DNA from: an uncultured Staphylococcaceae bacterium
Lineage (GTDB): Bacteria; Bacillota_I; Bacilli_A; RFN20; CAG-826
Direction of reading: 5' to 3'
Assembly (NCBI GenBank): GCA_964654155.1
Contig: CAZZGL010000002.1
Span: forward strand, 35,902-99,901
DNA: 64,000 bases
Positions within the stretch are counted from its first letter, which is position 1; the number at the start of each line of letters is the position of its first letter. Made by a program: the position numbers and the translations under genes. Shown in pieces: positions 1 through 10,804 of the stretch. Under the pieces are notes generated by a model. The model searched no databases. It saw only the letters and a list, made by a program, of their open reading frames with translations, and had not been told where the DNA came from.

Positions 1-68
1 CATCCAGTTATCGTAAGACCTAATAATAAAGATGTCGCGACAACAAATAAACTTTTTTTAGATTTCAT
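1..68 (-). CDS. N-terminus of a lipoprotein, probably a sugar ABC transporter solute-binding protein; the gene runs leftward out of the window
   Basis: Reverse complement of 1-68 reads ATG AAA TCT AAA AAA ... = MKSKKSLFVVATSLLLGLTITG(C), a basic N-terminus, hydrophobic core and LTITGC lipobox. It lies downstream of the LacI-family regulator and GH30 genes. Confidence 0.4.
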   Translation of the reverse strand, partial: MKSKKSLFVVATSLLLGLTITG

Positions 69-129
69 ATTAATTTTTCCCTCCATTTATATGAAAAAAA
101 TCTTTTAAGTAGTTTCATTATAGCACCTT

Positions 130-143
130 TGAAACCGGTTTCA
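130..143. promoter_or_regulatory. LacI/CcpA-type operator: perfect 14-bp palindrome TGAAACCGGTTTCA, with a half-site copy at 163-176
   Basis: TGAAAC-CG-GTTTCA seen directly. It sits in the intergenic region between the LacI-family regulator gene (ends 245) and the lipoprotein gene start (68). The second partial site ACATCGGTTTCTA is 33 bp away. Confidence 0.5.
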
Positions 144-244
144 CAGTATTTATTAAATTAATTACATCGGTTTCTAAAGCTTAAAAATAAAAAAAGTCAA
201 ATAATCAAATTTCCTAATCGATATTTAACTTTCTTATTTTTATA

Positions 245-1246
245 TTATATTTGTTTTGTTGATTCTCCAATAATAATTGTTCCTTGTATTTCAATCAATT
301 GATGCGATTCTCTTTTTTCAATAACATCCAAAAGAGCTTGCGCTAGAGCAATTCCAATTTTAGAAGTGTTTTGTCTAGCGGTAGTCAATCTTGGAACAAA
401 ATAGCCAAATGTTCCTATACCATCAAATCCTGTAATTGAAATATCTCTAGGACATTCTATTCCATGTTTTTTAAGGATAGCAATTCCTCTAATTGCGGAA
501 TAATCATCTGGAAACATAATCGCGGTTGGTCTAACTTTTCTTTCAACCAATTCTAAGATGATTTGTTCAAGTCGAGCAAAATCAACATATTTTGATTTAA
601 TTAATTTTCGTTCTGAAACTTTTATACCATATTTATTTAAGCAATCAATAAACGCTCCTGTACGAATATCAGTTACTCGTGAATCTTCTCCTGTTATAAA
701 TACAATTTCTTTATGATTTAATTTAACCAAATGCTCTGTTAATTGAAACATTAATGAATAATTGTTAGAAAAAACACCAGTCATTAAATCTCCATAATAG
801 TCGAACCCTACACTAGGTATCTCGCTCATAATAACTTCTTTCATTTCCTTATGAGCCATATTTCCTAACATTAACACGCCATCAATATTTCTAGAAATAC
901 AATTTTTATAAAAAGTGCCATCTGCTTTTCCTACAGTTCTAGACACAAATAATAAATCATAACGATTTTTATTCATTTCTGATTGAAAAGAATCTAGTAT
1001 TTCATTAAACAATGAATGTTTAAATGGTGTTATTTTAGTTCCAAAACAAGACAATATACCAATAATATTGGATTTACCTTTAGACAAATAAGTTGCTGAA
1101 CTATTCGGAATATATTGTAATTCATCCATGGCTTTTAAAACTTTTTCTTTAGTTGAATTAGGAATTGAAGAATAATTATTAATTACTTTAGAAACAGTAG
1201 ATGGAGAAACTCCACAATACTTAGCAATATCATAAATTGTGATCAT
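245..1246 (-). CDS. LacI family transcriptional regulator
   Basis: N-terminal HTH MITIYDIAKYCGVSPSTVSKVINN followed by a periplasmic-binding-fold sugar-binding domain. Start trimmed to the MITIY Met, which abuts the upstream GH30 stop. Confidence 0.85.
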   Translation of the reverse strand: MITIYDIAKYCGVSPSTVSKVINNYSSIPNSTKEKVLKAMDELQYIPNSSATYLSKGKSNIIGILSCFGTKITPFKHSLFNEILDSFQSEMNKNRYDLLFVSRTVGKADGTFYKNCISRNIDGVLMLGNMAHKEMKEVIMSEIPSVGFDYYGDLMTGVFSNNYSLMFQLTEHLVKLNHKEIVFITGEDSRVTDIRTGAFIDCLNKYGIKVSERKLIKSKYVDFARLEQIILELVERKVRPTAIMFPDDYSAIRGIAILKKHGIECPRDISITGFDGIGTFGYFVPRLTTARQNTSKIGIALAQALLDVIEKRESHQLIEIQGTIIIGESTKQI

Positions 1247-1250
1247 AGAT

Positions 1251-2561
1251 TCACCTGCTCTCTTCATAAATAATTGTTGTAACTGATTTAGAAGGTAAAA
1301 AGATACTAAACTTTTCATCAATAAACTTAATATTCAAATCTATATCTTCGCCTTCATTTAACAATATGCATATATATTTATTATCTACTCTTTTATATGT
1401 TGTTGCAATAACAAAGCTAGTTAAAACACTAGTGTTAATTCGAATATCTCCTTTTGATAAGAATTTTGAAAAATGCGAAATAATATAAAAACTTGGATTA
1501 TATATCAGTCTTTTTTCCTTATGATTAAATATTATAGGGGCTTCGCAATAATTACCCACATAATTAGGTCCGCCACGTTCATCTAAAATCAGATTCCAAT
1601 CAATAAATCCTGAAGAAAAATTTTCTGAATCTAGAATATAGTTTTTGGCATATCTTAAACCATTTTCAAAATTCCCAATATTTTTACTAGGATCATTTTG
1701 ATCTAACAAAAGTAATTCAACGCATCCTTCAGTAAAAAGTAATATTTTATCATTATATAAATCATGAACCTTACTTAATTCTTGATTGCAATAATTATCG
1801 TACCAATGGTAAGCAATTCCATAAATAAAATCATTATTTTCTTCATCTATTGTATCTTTAACTCTAGAAACAATAATATCTTTATTATGATCCCATATAA
1901 ATAATTTCGTATTAAAATTATTGATTTTTATCAATGGATATAGAACTTTAACAAATTCTTTTTCATCTCCGCTATCAAATATGCAAGAGTCCCATATTTG
2001 AGTGGCTTGTGGCTCATTTTGAATTGACATATAATCAATATCAATTCCATTTTTTTGCATTTCTTTTATATAATTAGTTAGATATAGTGCATAATCTAAA
2101 TAATTTTCTTTTTTTAATTTTCCTCCATGTCTACGATCCCCATTAGTTTTAAATTTTGCTGGAGGGCTCCATGGAGAAGCAAAAACAAGCAAGTCTTTTC
2201 TATCCTTAATTTCTTTAACAAATGGAATAATTGTATTAACATCATGCTCTAAAGTAAAAGTATCTCCTTTTAAATAATCATAAATTGAGCAAGAAAAATC
2301 ACATGATCCTATCGTTAATCGAATCATATTATAGTTTAATCCTTTAGGAGAGAAAACCTTTTCAATAAATTCTTCTTTTTGTTCTTTATTAAGCAATGAA
2401 TAATTAAAATAAGCTGCTTCTGTAAAAGCGCCACCAAAGCCTAAGAGAGTTTGATAAGTTTTTTTATTATCAATAATAATATCGAAAGATTCATTTGTTA
2501 TTTCTTTTTTCTTCAAAGATACAAAATAATTATCTTTATTTGAACATAATATTTTAATCAT
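1251..2561 (-). CDS. Glycoside hydrolase family 30 (glucosylceramidase/xylanase-like)
   Basis: LLGFGGAFTEAA and ASPWSPPAKFK motifs are typical of GH30. No signal peptide. Confidence 0.7.
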   Translation of the reverse strand: MIKILCSNKDNYFVSLKKKEITNESFDIIIDNKKTYQTLLGFGGAFTEAAYFNYSLLNKEQKEEFIEKVFSPKGLNYNMIRLTIGSCDFSCSIYDYLKGDTFTLEHDVNTIIPFVKEIKDRKDLLVFASPWSPPAKFKTNGDRRHGGKLKKENYLDYALYLTNYIKEMQKNGIDIDYMSIQNEPQATQIWDSCIFDSGDEKEFVKVLYPLIKINNFNTKLFIWDHNKDIIVSRVKDTIDEENNDFIYGIAYHWYDNYCNQELSKVHDLYNDKILLFTEGCVELLLLDQNDPSKNIGNFENGLRYAKNYILDSENFSSGFIDWNLILDERGGPNYVGNYCEAPIIFNHKEKRLIYNPSFYIISHFSKFLSKGDIRINTSVLTSFVIATTYKRVDNKYICILLNEGEDIDLNIKFIDEKFSIFLPSKSVTTIIYEESR

Positions 2562-3337
2562 TTTTTAATACCTCTTCTAATTAATTCTGGATATGCTTTA
2601 TTAATCGTTATATCAAAAATAGAATTCGAATAAAGATTTATTATTAATAATGATATCGAAAAATATCCAAAAATATATACTAATAAACAAATAACATTTA
2701 ATACATCATTTCCAACAAATTCCATTATGATAAATGGCAAGGTTGTTATTATAAATATTAAAAGATTATTGAAAAATTTACCCACCAAAAATCTTACTCC
2801 ATTAATAAACAATTGCTTAAATGATGCCTTATATAAAATTGCTTGAGTCTGCATAAATAAACTTATGATAATAAATAAAGAATATAATAAGTAAGATAAA
2901 CCTGTAAAAATAGAAGGAAATAAACTACTCTCATCAAAAGTTTCAAACATAATTGTGGAATTTATTCTAATTAACCCATAAAATAAACCTAATAAAAAAT
3001 ATATCAATAAAAATTGTTTGTAATTTTTTCTAATTCCATAAAAAAAATCTTTTCTAACCGAAGCACCTTCTCCAAAAGTAAGACGTTTTATAAAATATAA
3101 AGCTCCCGCTACACCTAGTCCGAATATCATAAAAAATACAATTTTAATTCCATAAATAAAAATATAATTGATCAAATGTGGATCATCAACAATAAATGTA
3201 TCTTGTATAAAAATATTAAACATAATATTTGGGATTAAGAATAAGCCTAAACACAATGAGCAAACAAATAAATCTAAAAAACGATATCGAAGAAGTTCCT
3301 TAAATAATTCAAATCGATTATTAGCTAGATGATCCAT
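2558..3337 (-). CDS. DUF624/YesL-family integral membrane protein
   Basis: Multi-TM protein. The segment GLGVAGALYFIKRLTFGEGASVRKDFFYGIRKNYKQF resembles the DUF624 conserved core. It overlaps the GH30 start by 4 nt. Confidence 0.5.
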   Translation of the reverse strand: MDHLANNRFELFKELLRYRFLDLFVCSLCLGLFLIPNIMFNIFIQDTFIVDDPHLINYIFIYGIKIVFFMIFGLGVAGALYFIKRLTFGEGASVRKDFFYGIRKNYKQFLLIYFLLGLFYGLIRINSTIMFETFDESSLFPSIFTGLSYLLYSLFIIISLFMQTQAILYKASFKQLFINGVRFLVGKFFNNLLIFIITTLPFIIMEFVGNDVLNVICLLVYIFGYFSISLLIINLYSNSIFDITINKAYPELIRRGIKK

Positions 3338-3934
3338 TTATATCTCTCCTTTCAACAAATCGTTTAATATATTATAACCAATTGAAGATAATGTATCAAA
3401 ATGAGGTGATTTATTATTTATCAAAATATATGATGATGATTTGATTTCTCCATCAAAATTAAACCATTTATTCAAGTAACTAATTTCTTGATTATTTTCT
3501 TCATATATTTTTATTCCGTATGAATTATCTTCATATTTATACGTTTGGTAATTATCAGAGTATCCATTCATAGATAAGTAGTAATCTTGAATATAATTTT
3601 TCATTTCATCTAAATCTTTTTCATAAAGTATTATCAAATCACTTTTAACTCCAAAATTACTATAATAAGAAGAAATATTTTTATCTTCATAAGAATAATT
3701 ATAAACATTAACTTGTTCAATACCAAAATTTATATATTTTTCTTCAATTTTGTTTTTTAAAGAATTATCTTTTATTCCATAAGATGTCACAAAAATTGAA
3801 AATATCTCATTTCTGCTATACTCATTAACATACGATACTAAATAATATGATAACGCATAAGATAAAATAGATATTAGTAAAACTATATACCAAGAATATG
3901 TTAAATAGTCCTTTACTTGACTACTTTTTTTCAT
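3338..3934 (-). CDS. Hypothetical membrane-anchored protein with a Tyr/Asn-rich ectodomain
   Basis: N-terminal TM/signal anchor. No recognisable domain. Confidence 0.4.
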   Translation of the reverse strand: MKKSSQVKDYLTYSWYIVLLISILSYALSYYLVSYVNEYSRNEIFSIFVTSYGIKDNSLKNKIEEKYINFGIEQVNVYNYSYEDKNISSYYSNFGVKSDLIILYEKDLDEMKNYIQDYYLSMNGYSDNYQTYKYEDNSYGIKIYEENNQEISYLNKWFNFDGEIKSSSYILINNKSPHFDTLSSIGYNILNDLLKGEI

Positions 3935-4388
3935 AACAAATCACCACATTTCTCGATATTAAAAATACATAATGACAATTTATATCTAAAACATATTCTG
4001 TCGGAATTAATATCCGATATGTTTTATCATTTTCATCTTTAATTTTATATGCATGGAAAGAAACATGTGCAAAGGTTTCTGTTTGCATATCTTCAATAAC
4101 CTCAGCATTAATTTGTTTATTATTACTAATAATTACTTGATTATATAAACATATTTTATGATTGATTTTATTAATACATTCGAATATAAAATAATATAAA
4201 AGATTTAATAATAATGAAAAAACAACAAAAAAGGAAAAGATAAAGATTTGCTCAAATTCTCTTGTTGTCACTAAAAATAAGAAAATGATACTTAAGCAAA
4301 ACAAAAGTGCAGTAATAATAGCTATTATTACATATTTTTTTCTACTTTTGATAATACTTAAAATTACTTCTTCATTAATACAATTCAT
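3921..4388 (-). CDS. Hypothetical small membrane protein (2 TM)
   Basis: Two hydrophobic helices. It overlaps the downstream gene by 14 nt. Confidence 0.4.
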   Translation of the reverse strand: MNCINEEVILSIIKSRKKYVIIAIITALLFCLSIIFLFLVTTREFEQIFIFSFFVVFSLLLNLLYYFIFECINKINHKICLYNQVIISNNKQINAEVIEDMQTETFAHVSFHAYKIKDENDKTYRILIPTEYVLDINCHYVFLISRNVVICYEKK

Positions 4389-4413
4389 AATTACCTTTCT
4401 TATTCATACTTTT

Positions 4414-5058
4414 TTATTTTTTCTCTATTCTTTTTAAATACTCAAAATACGAATAACGACATCCGCAATATTGTTGCCGATAAAGTCCATATTTATTACT
4501 AATTTGTCTTCCTAACTCTGCTCCTTGTTTCTTTTTAAAATCAGAAAAGAAATACTTAACAGGAAAATACTTGTTTTGCAGTTCTTCTCCTATTTCATTT
4601 AATTTTACAGAATTTTTTTGACTTGAAACACTCATAACAGTAGTTATATAATCATAGCTATTTCTATAAGCATATTCATATGCTTCTTCTAATCTAAGTC
4701 GATAACATAAAAAGCATCTTTCTCCGCCTTCTCTAGCATCTTTAAACACCGATAATTTATGTGAATATTTTTCTTCATCATAAGTCGGAATAACATATTT
4801 AACATTCAGTCCTAAATCAATATTTAATTGTTCGACAAATCTTTTCATTTCTTCTAAACGTCGATAGTATTCATTACTTGGGTAAATATTTGAATTATTG
4901 TAATAAATTGTAATATCAAAATATGGACTTAAAAAAGTTAAAGGAAACGCTGAACAAGGTCCACAGCATACATGAAGCAATATTTTCGGTTTAACTTCTT
5001 TATTTTTAATTAAATCAATCTCTTTTAAAGAAAGATTGTAATAATATAACTTTTCCAT
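4414..5058 (-). CDS. queH: Epoxyqueuosine reductase QueH (DUF208)
   Basis: HVCCGPCS cysteine cluster and C-terminal CGCRYS. The ~214 aa length and its position downstream of queA/tgt fit QueH. Confidence 0.75.
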   Translation of the reverse strand: MEKLYYYNLSLKEIDLIKNKEVKPKILLHVCCGPCSAFPLTFLSPYFDITIYYNNSNIYPSNEYYRRLEEMKRFVEQLNIDLGLNVKYVIPTYDEEKYSHKLSVFKDAREGGERCFLCYRLRLEEAYEYAYRNSYDYITTVMSVSSQKNSVKLNEIGEELQNKYFPVKYFFSDFKKKQGAELGRQISNKYGLYRQQYCGCRYSYFEYLKRIEKK

Positions 5059-5080
5059 ATGATACCCCTATAATGACCAC

Positions 5081-6106
5081 TTAAAATATAAAACAAGCAT
5101 CGCCAAAAGAAAAGAAGCGATATTTTTCCTCAATCGCATGTTTGTAAGCATCTAATATAAATTCTCTTCCCGCAAAAGCGGATACAAGCATAATTAAAGT
5201 TGATTTTGGTAAATGAAAATTAGTAATTAATCCATTAATAGCTAAAAACTTATAACCTGGATAAATAAAAATATCTGTACTTCCTGCACAAGCTCTAAAT
5301 TCACCATATTTTTGCATGACTGATTCAACCACTCTTGTAGAAGTAGTTCCAACAGCAATGATTCTTCTATTTTCTTTTTTAGCTTTATTTAAAATTGCTG
5401 CTGTTTCAGCAGTCATTATATAACTTTCCGAATGCATATGATGATCTAAAATATTGTCCACTTTTACCGGTCTAAAAGTACCTAAACCGATATGTAATGT
5501 CACTTCAACAATCGTAACACCTTTTTCAATTAATTTTTGATTCAACTCTTCAGTGAAATGAAAACCCGCTGTTGGAGCGGCAGCACTTCCTTCATATTTA
5601 GCGTACACAGTTTGATAACGAGAATTATCTTCACATTGTGCTTTTATATATGGAGGTAAAGGCATTTTTCCAAGTTTATCTAATACTTCATAAAAAACGC
5701 CTTGATAATGCATACGGAAATGTCTTATTCCTTCATCTAATACTTTAATACATTCCGCAACTAATTCACCATTACCAAAAATAATATTCGTTCCTAATTT
5801 AATAGTTTTGGCATTACCTGTTAAACATTCCCATTCATCATTTTGTAATTGTTTTAATAACAAAACTTCCACTTTTGCTCCCGTATGTTCTTTAATTCCA
5901 TATAATCTTGCAGGAATTACTTTAGTGTTATTCCTTACCAAAACATCACCAGGTTTTAAGAAATCAATTATATTATAAAATTGATGGTCTTCATAACTTT
6001 TATTTTCACGATCTATCACTAAAAGTCGAGAATGATCTCTTTTTTCACTTGGAGATTGCGCGATTAGTTCTTCTGGTAAATCAAAATCAAAATCACAAAT
6101 ATCCAT
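5081..6106 (-). CDS. queA: S-adenosylmethionine:tRNA ribosyltransferase-isomerase QueA
   Basis: [33 protein letters not shown] is the canonical QueA N-terminus. Start trimmed to the MDIC Met, which abuts the tgt stop. Confidence 0.9.
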   Translation of the reverse strand: MDICDFDFDLPEELIAQSPSEKRDHSRLLVIDRENKSYEDHQFYNIIDFLKPGDVLVRNNTKVIPARLYGIKEHTGAKVEVLLLKQLQNDEWECLTGNAKTIKLGTNIIFGNGELVAECIKVLDEGIRHFRMHYQGVFYEVLDKLGKMPLPPYIKAQCEDNSRYQTVYAKYEGSAAAPTAGFHFTEELNQKLIEKGVTIVEVTLHIGLGTFRPVKVDNILDHHMHSESYIMTAETAAILNKAKKENRRIIAVGTTSTRVVESVMQKYGEFRACAGSTDIFIYPGYKFLAINGLITNFHLPKSTLIMLVSAFAGREFILDAYKHAIEEKYRFFSFGDACFIF

Positions 6107-6107
6107 C

Positions 6108-7250
<1,143 letters not shown>

Positions 7251-7309
7251 TTAAAACAATGTCTATTATAACATAATAAAAAAGCCCTTTTACTTATTTA
7301 TTCGCTTTT

Positions 7310-8602
7310 TTAATTTTCACCGTTATTGCTTAATTCAGATATTCCATCTGTTAATGTTTTCTTGCTTATTTTATTATTAGCCATCATATATCCCACTAGA
7401 AGTAAAACAATCAACAATGTTGGATCTAAATATAAAGGTAATGTATCAGCATATTCTACAAAAACATTTTGTCCATAATTTAAGTTAACATATACATAGT
7501 AATGAATCATAAATGAAAGGATCAAATTCTTTTTTAAAGAGGAATCATTTGAATTTTTGTAATATTTATAAGTAGTCATGATTGCAACAATTGTCAATCC
7601 TACCAAAATTAGAAATGCTGGTATCCCATTTTGAAATAAAGCATCTAAATATATATTTCGAGTATTCATCGTTTCTTTTAATACTTCCTTAGGTTGATTG
7701 CCTAATGGATATTTAAAAACATTTTTTAAAACGTTAATACCAACTTCAACACGAGCAATACTCTTACCTTTCCAAACAACTAAAACTATAGCAAATAAAG
7801 CAAATAATCCTATTCCTAAAAAAATATTTTTTCTTTTCTTTTTATCTTTTGGAAAATTCATAATTAAGGCTGTAATTAACATTGATAAACCAGAAACAAA
7901 AATCCCTAAAAAATATGGAATCAAAATTAAACCCACAACGCCTAAAATTCCTGATGATAACGCTATTTTTTTTAATTTTAATTCACTATCATCAACTTTT
8001 TTATATTTCCATAGAACCATAAAGCCAGAAGATAATAAAGATAATGCATAACCAAAAAAAGTCATATAAACTCGCGATTCTTTTTGAAAAGGATTAGTAC
8101 CTAAAATCCACATTTTTGAAGAAAGCATTACAGAACCAATATTTTCTTCAAGCATATATAAAAGCCCATAACTAAACAAAGTTGCAAACAATGATATTAT
8201 TCCAAAGACAAATAATGTGCCATATATTGCAATTAAATATTTACCAATATTGCTTTCTTTATCGACTCCTAATGTATATCCAATCCAAGATGCACCTAAA
8301 AAACTTAAAACTGCAGGAATAATATCAATAATGCTTATGGCATCGTTTATTGTATAATGAATAATTAAATTAGGCAGTACAGAAACGCCATATAAAAGCG
8401 AAAACGCTAAAAAAATTATAGAAGTGGAATTCAATTTCCTTACATTGCTAAAATATAAAGCTAAGCTAATTAACATTAATACTATTTCAATTATTCGAAT
8501 AATTGTCCCATATGCAAAAAAACTGACATTTAAGGCAATTACAAATTCTAAAACAAATATCAAAAATAATGATTTCAAACTATTTTTATTAATATTATCC
8601 AT
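7310..8602 (-). CDS. Polytopic membrane protein, possibly an O-antigen ligase/polymerase-like or EpsG-like cell-envelope enzyme
   Basis: About 10-12 predicted TM helices. The start sits at MDNINKN behind an AAGGAGGA RBS. The functional call is weak. Confidence 0.35.
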   Translation of the reverse strand: MDNINKNSLKSLFLIFVLEFVIALNVSFFAYGTIIRIIEIVLMLISLALYFSNVRKLNSTSIIFLAFSLLYGVSVLPNLIIHYTINDAISIIDIIPAVLSFLGASWIGYTLGVDKESNIGKYLIAIYGTLFVFGIISLFATLFSYGLLYMLEENIGSVMLSSKMWILGTNPFQKESRVYMTFFGYALSLLSSGFMVLWKYKKVDDSELKLKKIALSSGILGVVGLILIPYFLGIFVSGLSMLITALIMNFPKDKKKRKNIFLGIGLFALFAIVLVVWKGKSIARVEVGINVLKNVFKYPLGNQPKEVLKETMNTRNIYLDALFQNGIPAFLILVGLTIVAIMTTYKYYKNSNDSSLKKNLILSFMIHYYVYVNLNYGQNVFVEYADTLPLYLDPTLLIVLLLVGYMMANNKISKKTLTDGISELSNNGEN

Positions 8603-8619
8603 GCAGAATTTCCTCCTTT

Positions 8620-9549
8620 TTACCAATAGCACCCTTTTTCGACTTTTTGATAACCTTTTGGCTTATTTGTAGGTCTAATCCAATACTCATTAATATATTT
8701 AGAAACATGATCTCGGTTTTCCCATCTTTTGCCAATTATACCAAACATTGTCTGCGTAGCACCACCGGTTTGAATGGCTTGCTTACCAATTTTAGCAATA
8801 TATGAGCATAATAAGCTTCCATAAGCTCCTGCACCAACAAGCGCTATATCAAAATCAATTCTATCAATCTGTTTTTTCATGTATTCTAATGCTTCTTCAA
8901 AGTTATGAAATCTTTCGTCTTCTTGATCCGCTATTGTTTGAACTGCTTCTATGGTTAAAAGTTCAAAATCTGGAACAACATTATCATAAAATAGCTTATC
9001 TTTTATTTTATATTGCATTTCAATATCCTTTGCAAACGGTGATATAACTAACACTTTCTTATGTTGTAATGATTGTATCCAATCACCTCTAAGAGGTTCA
9101 AAAGCTTCATATTGTATTATTTCTAATTGAGAACAATATTTTTTATAAAAATAATCTTCCATATGAATACCAGATATTCCTAAAATAGTGCTTGACGCAA
9201 AAGCCTTCAATGCATGTTGGCTATATAAAGTCAAAGTCTCTTTTGAAACCGGAAATACGCCTGCACCATTTTTAATACTATATCTTACACTTAGTTTATA
9301 ATCTTTTTTAAATCCTAAACATATTTTTTCATAATTATTAATGCAAGAAAGTTCAACTGCTCCAAATCTTATTGCAGAAAAAGGTTTTCCACTTTCAATC
9401 CACTTTTTTAATGCATTATTGCTATATTCTAAAGTAATATTTTTCTTACCTAAAAATTTATTTGTACTTTTTTTCTTTTTAAAAAAGCGCCACATTAAAA
9501 CAAACCAACTATTTTTTATAAAATATCTAAAATACGCTAGTTTTTTCAT
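8620..9549 (-). CDS. Putative GT-D/DUF1792-like glycosyltransferase
   Basis: The SAIRFGAVE and LVGAGAYGSLL...IQTGGA segments resemble the DUF1792 GT-D family. A GAAGGGG RBS supports the internal start MKKLAYF at 9549; the ORF track extends to 9603 with no SD. Confidence 0.35.
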   Translation of the reverse strand: MKKLAYFRYFIKNSWFVLMWRFFKKKKSTNKFLGKKNITLEYSNNALKKWIESGKPFSAIRFGAVELSCINNYEKICLGFKKDYKLSVRYSIKNGAGVFPVSKETLTLYSQHALKAFASSTILGISGIHMEDYFYKKYCSQLEIIQYEAFEPLRGDWIQSLQHKKVLVISPFAKDIEMQYKIKDKLFYDNVVPDFELLTIEAVQTIADQEDERFHNFEEALEYMKKQIDRIDFDIALVGAGAYGSLLCSYIAKIGKQAIQTGGATQTMFGIIGKRWENRDHVSKYINEYWIRPTNKPKGYQKVEKGCYW

Positions 9550-9635
9550 AAGCTTTACCCCTTCATTAATTATACTTTTTAATTCATTAGAATTAAAGCT
9601 CATATTTTATACTATAAATTTTAATATTTATTTGC

Positions 9636-10736
9636 CTATTTATATCGTAAATAACGAATAAACTGTTCATTTAAAGTATATTTTCTATTACTTTTAATTT
9701 CATAATGTTCAATACATCGTGATTTACATCCTCTAATATTTTTTCCAACATAATCATTTAATGTTTGAATACATACAAATCCCTCTTTATTTTTATCTAC
9801 AACAAATATTCCTTCATTGCGATGAAATAAATCTAAAATGTTATTATTATGCATCGACAAATATAATGTTGCTCCATGAGGATTAGTATTTTGATTAATA
9901 AACATTTTTAAAAAGTTTTTTACTACTTGTAAATTAATCGAAGAATCTATTTCATCAATAATTAAAATAGAACCATTTTTTAAAGCAAAATACGCTGTCA
10001 TAAAAAGTAATACACCTTTCAAGGTTCCAAAGGATATAATATTTATCATTTCCGATAATGAAAATTTATGTACTTTCCCATATATTTTTATGAAAAAGTG
10101 CATTTTATCCTCACTAAGCTTTATACCCTCAATTAAAGGTTCAAATATATTAAATATATTTAAAAATATATTTTTATCCATCCGTTCATATAATCTAATT
10201 ATTTTTAAGATAATTTCGCCAGAAGATAATTGCATAATATGAAAAACGGACTCCTTCTGCGTGATTAATTCTTTTTCTTTTTTTAGATGATAAAAATTCC
10301 CATTATATAATGTTGTTGGATGAAATTTTTTAATCTTTTTATACCTTAAATATTGTCTTTTTACTATACAATAAGTAACTTCAAAAGACGCTTCCTTAGA
10401 AGGATAAATATTACAACGATAATTATATAAATAATCGTTTTCTGCTACAAAGATTTCTAAATCAATATTATCCTTTGCAAAATCCAATCTGTTATAGCAA
10501 ATGCGTCTATTATTTAATAATTCATATGACATTAAAATCAATGATAAAACACTTGTTTTCCCTTGTCCATTTCCACCAATGATTGAATTGCATATATTGC
10601 TATAAGTGCCTTGAAAAACATTCAATAATTCACTATCTAGCATTGCTTTTCGTGGAACTTTATCAGAAATAAAATCAATACTAAAATTATCCTTTAATTT
10701 TCTAAATCCAGACACTATAATTTTTAAAATTCTCAC
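9636..10736 (-). CDS. AAA family ATPase (ABC/SMC/RecF-like head, OLD/AAA_21-type), solitary
   Basis: N-terminal ILKIIVSGFRKL, Walker A GGNGQGKTS and Walker B ILIIDEIDSSI. It apparently starts on GTG with no SD. No adjacent partner gene. Confidence 0.6.
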   Translation of the reverse strand: MRILKIIVSGFRKLKDNFSIDFISDKVPRKAMLDSELLNVFQGTYSNICNSIIGGNGQGKTSVLSLILMSYELLNNRRICYNRLDFAKDNIDLEIFVAENDYLYNYRCNIYPSKEASFEVTYCIVKRQYLRYKKIKKFHPTTLYNGNFYHLKKEKELITQKESVFHIMQLSSGEIILKIIRLYERMDKNIFLNIFNIFEPLIEGIKLSEDKMHFFIKIYGKVHKFSLSEMINIISFGTLKGVLLFMTAYFALKNGSILIIDEIDSSINLQVVKNFLKMFINQNTNPHGATLYLSMHNNNILDLFHRNEGIFVVDKNKEGFVCIQTLNDYVGKNIRGCKSRCIEHYEIKSNRKYTLNEQFIRYLRYK

Positions 10737-10804
10737 TATCTATAAAAGTTATATCATTCTTCAAATCGCTAAATTAATATAACATATTCAAAGTAAACTG
10801 TAAA

